DNA of 43,715 nucleotides from a virus (Duplodnaviria; Caudoviricetes): positions 1-43,715 of IMG/VR virus record IMGVR_UViG_3300017707_001269; one strand, given 5' to 3'. The notes under the pieces are model-generated. The model was not told the DNA's origin and ran no database searches. It saw only the letters and a program-made list of their open reading frames with translations. Made by a program: the position numbers and the translations under genes. This document shows, in pieces, positions 32,760 to 41,600 of the stretch; position 1 is the stretch's first letter, and each line of letters begins with the position of its first letter.

Positions 32760-33519
32760 GATCGTCCCCTTGAGCTTGCCCAGGGGTGGCCAAGCAGAGT
32801 AAGGCCTGCTCGGGTTTAGGTGCCACCGGGGCGAATAGTTGGCCCTGTGCGTGGGCTTGCTCTATGCGCTTGCATGCAATGTCGAAATTGCGGCTGTCGC
32901 GCTCAATGCCCCAGTAGGACAAGCCAAGGGACATAGCGGCGCAACCCGCAGGCGCTGAGCCCATCCATGGCTCGCCTATGCTCTCTGGGGTGCCCGCTTG
33001 CTCAATGCACCAGCCCATGAGCGCTATAGGCTTCTGGGTGGGATGTACGCGCGGGCTTCCGCTCTCGGAGTCGCGCAGGAAGCCGTTCCACATATGCCTG
33101 AAGATGCGAACGGCGCCGGGCAGGTTTGACCAAGCCAACTCGCAATCGGCAAAGTCACCACTGTTCAACTTGTCCCAGCACAGCCATTTTGAGGCCGGGG
33201 GCATGCCGATGTGATTTGCGCCCCAGATAATGCAATTGGTGCCGGCTGCTATGGTCGCCTCAACTTCTTCAGCGGTGGGCGGGTTTTTGTCCCAATCGAA
33301 ATCGCCGTAATCGGTCGAAGGTACGAATGTGCCTTTGCGGTTTTTGGCACAAACAGGGACGTTGTGGGCACGGTTGGTGTTGCGCTTTTTAGATTCGCCA
33401 ATGCCATAGGGCGGGTCGGCAATAACGAGATCGGCGACCGGCACCAGCGGGAGAACCTGCAGTACCTCGCCTTGATACAAAGTCGCATTGCCGATTACTA
33501 CTTTTTGAATATAGGTCAA
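32746..33519 (-). CDS. DNA N6A/N4C methyltransferase (beta class)
   Basis: ADPPYG, WDK, HPTQKP, degenerate motif I EPWMGS; TTG start overlapping upstream stop. Confidence 0.85.
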   Translation of the reverse strand: MTYIQKVVIGNATLYQGEVLQVLPLVPVADLVIADPPYGIGESKKRNTNRAHNVPVCAKNRKGTFVPSTDYGDFDWDKNPPTAEEVEATIAAGTNCIIWGANHIGMPPASKWLCWDKLNSGDFADCELAWSNLPGAVRIFRHMWNGFLRDSESGSPRVHPTQKPIALMGWCIEQAGTPESIGEPWMGSAPAGCAAMSLGLSYWGIERDSRNFDIACKRIEQAHAQGQLFAPVAPKPEQALLCLATPGQAQGDDHGTN

Positions 33520-34097
33520 TTCCGCCCCCCTTCCACCGCCCCAGGCGCTGATACACGGGACAAACAGGTTTTTGCATCGCACATCGGATGACGGCATGCT
33601 TTTTTATCTCCCGCGCAAATGGCTGGCTCAAGCACGAAGCATGCGATGTGCCGACCGGTGCCTTTCCCTTGGGAGCCGTCTTCCGTGGCGTGCCAGCGAA
33701 CATCGCCCAGGTTGCGGACTTGTAGATGGTCGCCAAGGATGGCATGCATTAGCATCAGCACCCATTTATCCACCGGATAGACCAGTACCACGCGCTTGCC
33801 CTTCTGCTGTTCGATGATGGCTTTGCGTACCCATGCGGTGGGCCCCTTCTTCTTGCCCTGGTGGACAATGGATCCGAAGGGCGGATTAACGTAGCTGGAC
33901 TGCCCCCATTCGCACGTCAGACCGTCGCAACCTTGGGGAAGCGGGAACGGGCAGGGGTCGAAATCGAACTTGAATTCGGCGTCCAGCTCTGCGTACAGGT
34001 CCGGGGGCGTCAGCCAGTAATGCTTGCCGTCCGCGCTGTTGCCGACATGAAACTTGTTCGCCTCTGGCGCGAGTTGGCTTTGATGAAGTTCACCCAT
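33516..34097 (-). CDS. Phage Dam-type N6-adenine methyltransferase
   Basis: WLTP......LDAEFKFDFDPC...W...YVNPPF...WVRKA. Confidence 0.85.
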   Translation of the reverse strand: MGELHQSQLAPEANKFHVGNSADGKHYWLTPPDLYAELDAEFKFDFDPCPFPLPQGCDGLTCEWGQSSYVNPPFGSIVHQGKKKGPTAWVRKAIIEQQKGKRVVLVYPVDKWVLMLMHAILGDHLQVRNLGDVRWHATEDGSQGKGTGRHIACFVLEPAICAGDKKACRHPMCDAKTCLSRVSAPGAVEGGRN

Positions 34098-34548
34098 GAT
34101 CTACCCCCTTATCTGATACACGGGAATCACCGTTTTCAGGAGGAGTGGGGATGCCGTGGGCGCGCTCTATGTCGCGGGTTATCAAGGTCAATTCGGTATC
34201 GGTCAACTCCATTTCCCAGTCGGCCAAAACCTCCTTGATTCGAGTAACCGTCAGCGGAGTCATCCCCCTTGGGGGTGAGGCGCGAGTGTTCCATTTGGCG
34301 ATTGCCTCTTCCATGGAGTCCCCATTGATGCGCGCTCCACAACCACCCATGCATTGCGTGCAATTCATCCCCCAGCACTCGCCATCGCCCTCCCGGCTTT
34401 CCTTGATGCCGAAGTAGTGACGGCCAAACTCCGACTCACGCCAATAGCCGCCGCTCGGATACAGCGTATCGCTCAGGTCTTTGGGCACTGGGTGATTGCA
34501 GAACGGGCAGGGCTGCAGCTCGGGCAGTTGGGGTATTGATTGCGTCAT
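34090..34548 (-). CDS. Lar-family restriction-alleviation-like protein with C-terminal extension
   Basis: LQPCPFC...C....GCGA......EAIAKWNTR. Confidence 0.75.
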   Translation of the reverse strand: MTQSIPQLPELQPCPFCNHPVPKDLSDTLYPSGGYWRESEFGRHYFGIKESREGDGECWGMNCTQCMGGCGARINGDSMEEAIAKWNTRASPPRGMTPLTVTRIKEVLADWEMELTDTELTLITRDIERAHGIPTPPENGDSRVSDKGVDHG

Positions 34549-34549
34549 G

Positions 34550-34753
34550 TCAGTCCCCGGGGTTGTGGAATTGAATTCGTGCGGTGCTGGACACATCAAA
34601 CCAGCCGCCGCAAGCCTTGTGCTGGTACTGCTCGCCGCGTGGGTCGCCCCGATCAAGGGAAACCCATGCTTTGCAATGCGGGCATTTCACGGTTGGGCCA
34701 TCATCCATAACAACGGTTTTGACGGTCAAGATTTCATTGACGATTTCAGTCAT
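34550..34753 (-). CDS. Small zinc-ribbon protein
   Basis: CPHC...H..C; GGGAG SD. Confidence 0.65.
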   Translation of the reverse strand: MTEIVNEILTVKTVVMDDGPTVKCPHCKAWVSLDRGDPRGEQYQHKACGGWFDVSSTARIQFHNPGD

Positions 34754-34754
34754 G

Positions 34755-35954
34755 TCAGGCTCCCTTAGTGGACTGAGCGGCGACCATAGTGCCGTCGCAC
34801 CGGCTTGTATCCGGCTGAAGCATCCCGCATGGGTTGTTCGGGGCGCTTTCCGCCCAAGACCTCCGCCCGCAGGCCGTGCACTGGCTGAAGGGCGCGTCAT
34901 CGGCCAAATGCGCCAGCCGCGCCGCATCCCCCTGCACCCCTGCGGGTACTACAGCGCCATCAGTTCGTCCTCCAATTTGGCGATCTTGTCCCGCAAGTCC
35001 CACACGCTCTCCATGCGTGTCACCTTGGACAGGGTGTAGCGATAGTATCTTTGTGCGGACCGAATCCGACAGTAGCGAATCGGGGACGATACGAAACGCC
35101 TCATCAGCGATACCTTCCGGACAAACAGAGACAAGAAAAGCATAAATATTCTCCAAAAGTTTGGTTGCATCATGGTTCGCAGGGACTGTGGCGGAATGCA
35201 CGTTAAGCTGGTCGGACAGGGCTTGCGCCTCGGGCGAGAGTTTCGGTTTGAAGCGGCCGCCCACTTCGTAATTCATCAGGTTCAGCGGCGATTTGTCCCA
35301 CAGGGCTTGGCGTTCCACGGGCGTGCGGTTCGCCACCTCGTCGGCGTTGTTGCCTGTCGCCATTTCGTACAGCGATTTCATTCGCAGCACCAACGACCGC
35401 AGCGGGACGCCCTTGCGCATCGTGCCGTGGCCCACCGTCACATCGCATGGCAAAGGGGTATCCATCGGGTCTGCTGGCTCCACCCCCACCGCAACCGGCG
35501 CACGACTGGCGGCGTCCACACGGTTGATCACTGCCTTGGCGAAAGCGGTGAGAGTCGGCTCCTCGCCCGACATAGCTTCATTCCAAAGATGATCTGCCCA
35601 CGGCAGGACGGCGTATTTTGAGACGATGGCTGCCGCATAGCTGGCCGTTGTCGTGTCGCAGGAATCGGAATTAATCAGCTTGTTGAGGTCGGCAAGAGTA
35701 AATGCAGTTTTTGGCTTGCACTCCGTAACCACCGCCACCTCCTGCGGACGGGCAAGAGCGGCGCGGAGGGCGTCTTTCAGCTGTGCGTGCGCTTGGCTGT
35801 GGCGTATGGCCGCTGTTTTAGAATATGGAGCGGCAGCAAGTTCGCAAGCGTGGTGCGCCATCACTCCCGCCAAATACATCAAGCGATTCAAGACCGCCTC
35901 TACCGCAATATCAGCTGCTGGCTTGGTGGGCTCAGGGGTGGGGTTGGTGGTCAT
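34755..35954 (-). CDS. Mosaic multi-module hypothetical protein
   Basis: Contains DPMDTPLPCDVTVGHG..RKGVPLR module and C-terminal Cys cluster. Confidence 0.7.
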   Translation of the reverse strand: MTTNPTPEPTKPAADIAVEAVLNRLMYLAGVMAHHACELAAAPYSKTAAIRHSQAHAQLKDALRAALARPQEVAVVTECKPKTAFTLADLNKLINSDSCDTTTASYAAAIVSKYAVLPWADHLWNEAMSGEEPTLTAFAKAVINRVDAASRAPVAVGVEPADPMDTPLPCDVTVGHGTMRKGVPLRSLVLRMKSLYEMATGNNADEVANRTPVERQALWDKSPLNLMNYEVGGRFKPKLSPEAQALSDQLNVHSATVPANHDATKLLENIYAFLVSVCPEGIADEAFRIVPDSLLSDSVRTKILSLHPVQGDTHGERVGLAGQDRQIGGRTDGAVVPAGVQGDAARLAHLADDAPFSQCTACGRRSWAESAPNNPCGMLQPDTSRCDGTMVAAQSTKGA

Positions 35955-36181
35955 GATTGGGCTTTCGAGAAATCTGAACGCTTGAAGTTTTCCGTGATGT
36001 CGAAAAGCTCTTTGCATCGAGGGCATGTAACTTTCGGCTTGGCCGGCAACTCCGCCACGCGGCCAGAAAATTCATCACCATCAAGGGCAAGCCCACAAGG
36101 GGTGGCATAGTCAGAAAGGCCGCCGTTCATGTGCACTTGGACGCCGTGTTCTTCTGTGAGAATCGCAATAAACTTACTCAC
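35951..36181 (-). CDS. Small zinc-binding protein
   Basis: VH...TPCG...VTCPRC. Confidence 0.7.
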   Translation of the reverse strand: MSKFIAILTEEHGVQVHMNGGLSDYATPCGLALDGDEFSGRVAELPAKPKVTCPRCKELFDITENFKRSDFSKAQS

Positions 36182-36759
36182 GATGGCTCTCCTATCCCAC
36201 CCTCGGGAGGAGTGGCGGCGTCATAGAGCCGCTTTGCCCGGTTGTAGCCAATGGACAGCTTTCCGGCCAAAATCGGAACTTCAAGCCCTGGATGAGCTTG
36301 AACAAGCCAGTTCGCCGCACCTTGCAACGGGTCCGCATCCACTGCTGCTACCGGTGCAACTGGGCGGCTGGCGACGAAGTATTCGAGAGCGCGGCGCAGG
36401 GTTGGCAGGTTCTGGATATTGCTCTTGCCATAGATGAAATGCGAAACGTCAAGCACCTCCGCATCCGTCACCCCTTGCAGCTCTCCCACTGGGGGTGGAG
36501 GGGCGGTGTAGAGCGGGAGCGGCCCTGCATCATCGGCGTAGGCCTCTGCTTCGGCCTTGTCAGTCCAGACCATATCCCCGCTGTCATGCTCGGTCAGCCA
36601 CGCCCGTGGCTCCCCGCCCGCTGCACTTGCCAGAAGGGCGGTGACATCGCTGATTTTGCAAACCGGCTCTCCGGACACCCAGGCCTCTTGCACCTCAAAA
36701 GGCGTAAGTTGGCGCGGGGTCGAAACGCCTGGTGCTGCTGTTGGGGTTGTTTGGGTCAT
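36178..36759 (-). CDS. Hypothetical protein with C-terminal FtsK-gamma-like domain
   Basis: DPLQGAANWL...LAGKLSIGYNRAKRLYD. Confidence 0.7.
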   Translation of the reverse strand: MTQTTPTAAPGVSTPRQLTPFEVQEAWVSGEPVCKISDVTALLASAAGGEPRAWLTEHDSGDMVWTDKAEAEAYADDAGPLPLYTAPPPPVGELQGVTDAEVLDVSHFIYGKSNIQNLPTLRRALEYFVASRPVAPVAAVDADPLQGAANWLVQAHPGLEVPILAGKLSIGYNRAKRLYDAATPPEGGIGEPS

Positions 36760-36944
36760 GATTTCTCCGTTTCTGGTTCGGTGATAGAAAGTCCGCGACG
36801 GCGGTCTTCGGCAATTGCGGCTTCGCAATACCGGAAATAGCCCCAGCCTCCGACATGAACAATCGACGGTTCGCCGATGTGTTCTTCGCAGGAGCCCTGA
36901 CAAGGCCCCGTGCGCAAACGTTCGTCTGGCTCGTGTTGGCTCAC
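36756..36944 (-). CDS. Small Cys-containing hypothetical protein
   Basis: CQGSC..H...WGYFRYC..AI.ED..RG. Confidence 0.65.
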   Translation of the reverse strand: MSQHEPDERLRTGPCQGSCEEHIGEPSIVHVGGWGYFRYCEAAIAEDRRRGLSITEPETEKS

Positions 36945-37357
36945 TTCGTCTCTCCTTGAGTAAGGGCGGCGCGGGCTTCGTGGATTTCTTCCAGAGTCGC
37001 GGCGTAGATCATGGGCTGGCCTTCAAACGGGCAGACCTCGCCCATGCGCTCGTAGTTGGCCCAAGCGTCATCAATCTTGGTAATAAGCGCGTCGTACCGG
37101 TCCCGCAGCCTCCCTACCTCAGCCTCATTGGCGGAGAGAGCGGAGAGAGCGTAGGCGCGCATTTGGTCGCCCGTGTAGAGCCGCACGCATTCAGTGCAGA
37201 CGCCGCCTTCGTAGATGTCGTCAACATCAACCGCCCCGCTTCTGGAAAACTCAAACAGGTCGTCGCCGCCTTCCTCTTCGGACGTGTGATAGATGTAGGT
37301 CGGGTCAGGCAGCTCCGGCAATTTCGCTGCTGCTTGTGTAGCGGGGGCGGCGCTCAT
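36941..37357 (-). CDS. Hypothetical protein
   Basis: LPELP and LYTGDQMRAYA modules; coupled at both ends. Confidence 0.7.
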   Translation of the reverse strand: MSAAPATQAAAKLPELPDPTYIYHTSEEEGGDDLFEFSRSGAVDVDDIYEGGVCTECVRLYTGDQMRAYALSALSANEAEVGRLRDRYDALITKIDDAWANYERMGEVCPFEGQPMIYAATLEEIHEARAALTQGETK

Positions 37358-37521
37358 GACTGCACCTCAAGGCCCATCAGAAGATCGTCAATGGCCTCCT
37401 GTAGATCGGAGGCAAGTGCGCGCCGTTCGGTCTCATCCAAGAGCCCGGACTCCATCGTCGTGGAGCCATCGCGGACGATTAACTCCTTGTAAGACACGTT
37501 GCTTTTGACCGTGAATTCCAT
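37354..37521 (-). CDS. 55-aa acidic hypothetical protein
   Basis: Hand-translated MEFTVKSN...; AAGGAG SD; ATGA overlap. Confidence 0.6.
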   Translation of the reverse strand: MEFTVKSNVSYKELIVRDGSTTMESGLLDETERRALASDLQEAIDDLLMGLEVQS

Positions 37522-37575
37522 CTCAAATCTCCTTGGCGTTTCGGTGCTATTGGGGTGGTATGGGGAGGGGCTAGA

Positions 37576-38013
37576 TCAGAATGGGATTTCAGACCCGCCG
37601 TCATCGCCGAATTCAGGATTCGGTGGAGACGGCTTGAGCGGCGCAGGCTTGGCGGGCGCGGCCGTTTGCGCCCCGTCTGGCTTGCTGCCCAGCATCACCA
37701 TTTGGTCAGCGCGAACCTCGGTGGCGTATTTCTCAACACCCTCCTTATCTGTCCATTTGCGGGTTCTCAGGGAGCCCTCGACGTAGACCTGTGAGCCCTT
37801 GCGCAGATATTGACCAACGATCTCGGCCAACTTGCCGCCAAACTGCACACGGTGCCACTCCACATGTTCTTTGGCCTCGCCGGTCTGCTTGTCTTTCCAT
37901 TTCTCCGTCGTGGCAATCGTCACGCTTGCGATCTGGTCACCGCTGGGGAATGAGCGCATTTCTGGGTCACGGCCCAGATTTCCAATGAGTTGGACTTTAT
38001 TGAGGGATGCCAT
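37576..38013 (-). CDS. ssb: Single-stranded DNA-binding protein
   Basis: [15 protein letters not shown]...EWHRV...[19 protein letters not shown]; acidic IPF tail. Confidence 0.97.
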   Translation of the reverse strand: MASLNKVQLIGNLGRDPEMRSFPSGDQIASVTIATTEKWKDKQTGEAKEHVEWHRVQFGGKLAEIVGQYLRKGSQVYVEGSLRTRKWTDKEGVEKYATEVRADQMVMLGSKPDGAQTAAPAKPAPLKPSPPNPEFGDDGGSEIPF

Positions 38014-38017
38014 GTTG

Positions 38018-39010
38018 TTAAGCCTTTTCGGTTTGTGGTTTGAGGGCGGCGCGTCGTGTTTCGCCTTCTTTCTTAAGGCCTGTGCGCACGTTCGACGGAA
38101 GGCAAGACCACAGCGCGACCTTCTGGTCAGAGTCCAGCTTTTCGGCCTCAATGCGGTCATAGGCAATCGGGGCGCCGCTGTCTTCAGCATTGAAGATGTC
38201 CGTGACCTCGCGGCCCAAGTCGCGCAGCACGTTCTGCACTTCAATATCCAAGATGGCCATAGACCCCATCGTTGGGGAGCTACGGAAAGAGGTCGCCTGC
38301 GGCGTATCGCTTGCGATTTCTGCAAGCCCTTCGCCGCCCTCGGTATTGAGGAAGTGCACGGCGTTGTCCAGCCTGTCCGTCTTCGGCCACAGCTTGTAGG
38401 CGCGCTTGATGACCGTTTTCTTGATCATTTCGCCTTCATCCGTTACCCATGGGCAGCGCTTTTTCTTCTCTACCCATGCCTTCCAAGCACTGGAGCGGTC
38501 GCGGATGTCGTACACCTCGTCCAAGCTCATGCAGGTGGTGAGGTAGTCGCCGTCGCGGGTTTTAACCACAACATAGACGCCGGTAATTTCGCCGCGAGTT
38601 TTAGAGAACGGGTCACGGCCATGAGCGGGCGGCTTGTCAAATCCGTTCAACTCGAATCGGTCTTGCTGATAGACAAGCTCCGCCTGTCCCCACATCACGG
38701 AGCCCGACTGGATGGCAAGATCAAGAAGCCCCATGTAGCTGATGTCCAAGCAGATGCGACCATCGCGGGGCACAAGGTACGCCTGACGCTTCGCCGGGTT
38801 CAGGCTAATTCCGATAGCCGCCACGTTGGTTACTGCGTTGATGACCGACTGCCGGTTTTCGGTGGCGATTCGCATCACGTAGTCGTTTGCCGCAACGATT
38901 TGCACGGCGAACCCGGCCTCACGCTCAAAGCTCAGAGCGCCGCCCGACATCTTCTCGAACCGCTCACGGGTTGAATAGATGTCTTCTTTGATAATTGCAA
39001 TGTTGCTCAT
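38018..39010 (-). CDS. recT: RecT-family ssDNA annealing protein
   Basis: GISLNP...AYLVP...ISYMGL...PW....[13 protein letters not shown]. Confidence 0.92.
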   Translation of the reverse strand: MSNIAIIKEDIYSTRERFEKMSGGALSFEREAGFAVQIVAANDYVMRIATENRQSVINAVTNVAAIGISLNPAKRQAYLVPRDGRICLDISYMGLLDLAIQSGSVMWGQAELVYQQDRFELNGFDKPPAHGRDPFSKTRGEITGVYVVVKTRDGDYLTTCMSLDEVYDIRDRSSAWKAWVEKKKRCPWVTDEGEMIKKTVIKRAYKLWPKTDRLDNAVHFLNTEGGEGLAEIASDTPQATSFRSSPTMGSMAILDIEVQNVLRDLGREVTDIFNAEDSGAPIAYDRIEAEKLDSDQKVALWSCLPSNVRTGLKKEGETRRAALKPQTEKA

Positions 39011-39246
39011 TTCCTGTACCCCAAAAGAACCTCAACCACCAGCCACAGAACCGCGACAAGCACGCAGGAGAAGCCAAGCCTCTGCCACCATGTGCGGCGG
39101 TCCCAGAAGTTAAGAATCTCGTCCAGCCAGGCAAACGGATAGCCCTGCGAGACTTCAGGCTCAGGCCCGGCAACCTGACCAGCCGCCCAGAACTGAGCTG
39201 CAGCCCGCTCTTGCGCGGATTGCTTGGTGGTTACTTCTTCTGTCAT
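39007..39246 (-). CDS. Hypothetical protein with C-terminal TM segment
   Basis: Coupled ORF. Confidence 0.6.
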   Translation of the reverse strand: MTEEVTTKQSAQERAAAQFWAAGQVAGPEPEVSQGYPFAWLDEILNFWDRRTWWQRLGFSCVLVAVLWLVVEVLLGYRK

Positions 39247-39446
39247 GTCGTCACCTCGTCCTTGGTTTGCGATGCGATGAAAGATTTCAGCCGGCCAATT
39301 CGGCTGGTGTTGTAAGAGACAACCGAGGAGGCGTATTCCTGTGCGGTCTGGGCTGTCAGCTTCTGCAGCTCTGCCTCTGCCAGTTCACGGCTTGCCATTT
39401 CCAGCGGAGTGAGGCGGCGCAATAGGCGCTTGATGTCTGTAATCAC
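39243..39446 (-). CDS. Small coiled-coil hypothetical protein
   Basis: TPLEMASRELAEAEL..L.A; GTG start overlapping upstream stop. Confidence 0.65.
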   Translation of the reverse strand: MITDIKRLLRRLTPLEMASRELAEAELQKLTAQTAQEYASSVVSYNTSRIGRLKSFIASQTKDEVTT

Positions 39447-39556
39447 AGAAGGCTCCAAATGGTTGCGGCGAGTGCGGCCAGCAAGGCGAGGGCGATAAAC
39501 CCGGGCCGGACTTGGCGCCTTGGGGCGGTCTGGTAGTGGCTGCGGTAGGTGCTCAT
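39443..39556 (-). CDS. 37-aa TM peptide
   Basis: Hand-translated MSTYRSH...FIALALLAALAATIWSLL; coupled at both ends. Confidence 0.5.
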   Translation of the reverse strand: MSTYRSHYQTAPRRQVRPGFIALALLAALAATIWSLL

Positions 39557-39888
39557 GGCATGGCCTTTCCGATTTCAGCGGCGGCGCGAACGATGGCGCG
39601 GCGGGTTGCTACGGCGGGGTCAGGGTTGCTCATGACGCCTTGCCACTCATCCCCATCGTTTTGGCGGGCGGCAGTGCCGATTGAATCGATGCGGATTGAG
39701 AGCTGCAATTTCACAGCCAAACGCAGAGCCTCTCCGTCATCGTTCAGCGGGTCCCAGACATCGTGCCCCGCTGGGCTGATGTTGACCCCGAAGTGTCCGG
39801 GGTGTGTCGCCAGATAACCGGCAAACCATGTCCCCTCAATCCCTGCAGCCTTGGCCGCAAGTTCAAGAAGTTCCCGGTCGCCGCTCAT
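39553..39888 (-). CDS. Phage hypothetical protein
   Basis: DRELLELAAKAAG...WDPLNDDGEALRLAVKL...ATRRAIVRAAAEIG. Confidence 0.8.
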   Translation of the reverse strand: MSGDRELLELAAKAAGIEGTWFAGYLATHPGHFGVNISPAGHDVWDPLNDDGEALRLAVKLQLSIRIDSIGTAARQNDGDEWQGVMSNPDPAVATRRAIVRAAAEIGKAMP

Positions 39889-40208
39889 ACACCCACCCCA
39901 GCATCAGTAAAGGAGGAGGTGGCTTTGAAGATGGCGTCACGGGCGCGACGGGCGATGATTTCGCAAACATCACCATTGCCCGGGGCAAAGTCGGCGATCA
40001 TTTCCAGCGTCTCCAGCAAATTCGTAGCGGAGGCCATCACTCGGGCAAGTGCAATGTCTTCCGCTGTGTCGCCCAAGACAACTGCAGCGCGACGGTCAAG
40101 GTCACCAGCTTCATTGCGCTCAAGGATTACGCTGCAGCGCCCTTCGTAATCGCCGTAATCGCCGACTGCGCAAAGGACATAGCGCCCCGGTGTATGTTGT
40201 CCACTCAT
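39885..40208 (-). CDS. Phage hypothetical protein (HTPG... family)
   Basis: HTPG start, ARVMASA.NLLETL...AIFKAT. Confidence 0.75.
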   Translation of the reverse strand: MSGQHTPGRYVLCAVGDYGDYEGRCSVILERNEAGDLDRRAAVVLGDTAEDIALARVMASATNLLETLEMIADFAPGNGDVCEIIARRARDAIFKATSSFTDAGVGV

Positions 40209-40229
40209 AATCAATTCCTCCAGTAAGAG

Positions 40230-40589
40230 TTAAGAAGGCTTCCAGAGCGAAAGCGTTTTAGCCGTCATGCCCTTGGCCCACGTTTGCCCAGCCTTCACCA
40301 GAACCCCGATGTACTTAGCGTCTCTGGCTTTCTGGTCAGAGCAGGGGATGTGCTGGACAAACTGCTTTGTCGCGGCGACGTAGAGGTACAGGTCATCGTC
40401 GTTAAACGTCGAGGTAGCCATTGGCACGCGGCCAGCAATCGCGGCTATGTCTTTGCCTATTTCCTTGAACAGCTCGGTGCGTGCTTTGATGCGGTCAAGG
40501 GCGCGGGCCGGAGTTTCAAACGGTGCTGGGTTGCCGCTTGTGAACTCGCTGGCAATGTCGGCGAAAGAGGCTTGGCTTCGGGCGTTCAT
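40230..40589 (-). CDS. Hypothetical protein
   Basis: ATGA coupling. Confidence 0.65.
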   Translation of the reverse strand: MNARSQASFADIASEFTSGNPAPFETPARALDRIKARTELFKEIGKDIAAIAGRVPMATSTFNDDDLYLYVAATKQFVQHIPCSDQKARDAKYIGVLVKAGQTWAKGMTAKTLSLWKPS

Positions 40590-40879
40590 GCTGCGCGGCC
40601 TTCGGTGAACATCAGCGTGTGCATGTACAGCGGCGCGGCCATTGCCATCAGCATTTCGCGTGCGGGCCCATCCTTCTCCATGGCCTCGCCCATGTACAGC
40701 CACTGCATTTCACCGAGGCCCCATGCCCAGCTCTTCGGATTGGCCGCATATTCAGCGGTGACGACTTGTTTCAGCTCCCGGAAGAACTCTGTCTGTTGGT
40801 CGCTGCCCATACCCCAGAAGGCCTGCGCCAGCATCGCTGGGGTTAATTCAACGGTGGCTGTTGCGGTAGATGCGCTCAT
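40586..40879 (-). CDS. Hypothetical protein
   Basis: GGAG SD; LAQAFW.M.S.QQ..FF. Confidence 0.7.
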   Translation of the reverse strand: MSASTATATVELTPAMLAQAFWGMGSDQQTEFFRELKQVVTAEYAANPKSWAWGLGEMQWLYMGEAMEKDGPAREMLMAMAAPLYMHTLMFTEGRAA

Positions 40880-40960
40880 TTCAGCTTCTCCAGTTATTCA
40901 CTTACTCTTGCTTCCAAAATCCACTCCGATGCGCTAGCTCGTAGCGCATGAGATTGGGGG

Positions 40961-41164
40961 TTAGGCAGTGGCTTTTTCAACAATGTCGAATTCGGTCGGA
41001 CGACCCATGGCGTACTGACCGCTAGGAGAGAAGTAAGCAAGGCGGTCGCGTTCTCCACTTGCACTCCAGATGACGCCGTAAAAGTCGCCGTTTTCTTCTT
41101 GGCGTTCGATGCAAACGCGGCCACCTGAGCGGGTCTTGTAGGCGCCGCCGATTTCGATTTGCAT
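40961..41164 (-). CDS. First gene of leftward operon, small beta protein
   Basis: GGAG SD; IEIGGAYKTRSG...DIV. Confidence 0.7.
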   Translation of the reverse strand: MQIEIGGAYKTRSGGRVCIERQEENGDFYGVIWSASGERDRLAYFSPSGQYAMGRPTEFDIVEKATA

Positions 41165-41237
41165 TTCGTTCTCTCCAGGTTGGTTTAAATCTCCCCACCC
41201 CTTCAGAAACTCGTTTGGCTTTCTGGGTGAGTGATGT

Positions 41238-41271
41238 GAAGTATGGCATAAGCCATATGGCAAAAGCCATA
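41238..41271 (-). promoter_or_regulatory. PL/OL: two tandem palindromic operators over an extended -10
   Basis: TATGGCATAAGCCATA (41242-41257) and TATGGCAAAAGCCATA (41256-41271); TG-C-CATACT on minus strand. Confidence 0.8.
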
Positions 41272-41354
41272 GACCGGGTCGAAAATGATTTAATCTCGTT
41301 TCAGAGATTGATAGCGCACGGCTATTTAGCTATGAAATTGCGCTGCTGAAGCGG

Positions 41355-41600
41355 CTATTTCGAGCGTCTGCAGCTCTCTAGATCGCTGCGTAGCGCGCTT
41401 TCTAGTTCAAAGGTTGCAGATAGGGCTTGCTCGGGGCTGTCGGCATAGTCGCCGAAGGCATAGGCGCGGTGATCGTTGGGGCCAAATTTGACAACGCCAC
41501 ATCCTCCCGTAATGTGGCCCTCCTTGGCTAATTCAAGGAATGCCTCAAGAGCTTTTATTAGCCCTCTGTTTCGATGCTGGCTTAGGCTTAAGACGGACAT
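41355..41600 (-). CDS. Hypothetical protein co-transcribed with repressor
   Basis: GAAGGG SD; overlaps repressor 3' end. Confidence 0.65.
   Translation of the reverse strand: MSVLSLSQHRNRGLIKALEAFLELAKEGHITGGCGVVKFGPNDHRAYAFGDYADSPEQALSATFELESALRSDLESCRRSK

Noticed and set aside
26718-37570. KOPS-like GGGNAGGG octamers as targets of the FtsK-gamma protein
   Set aside because: The few copies seen are about what chance predicts at this GC content; no enrichment shown
37832-38974. 380-aa plus-strand ORF
   Set aside because: Antisense to recT and ssb; explained by codon bias
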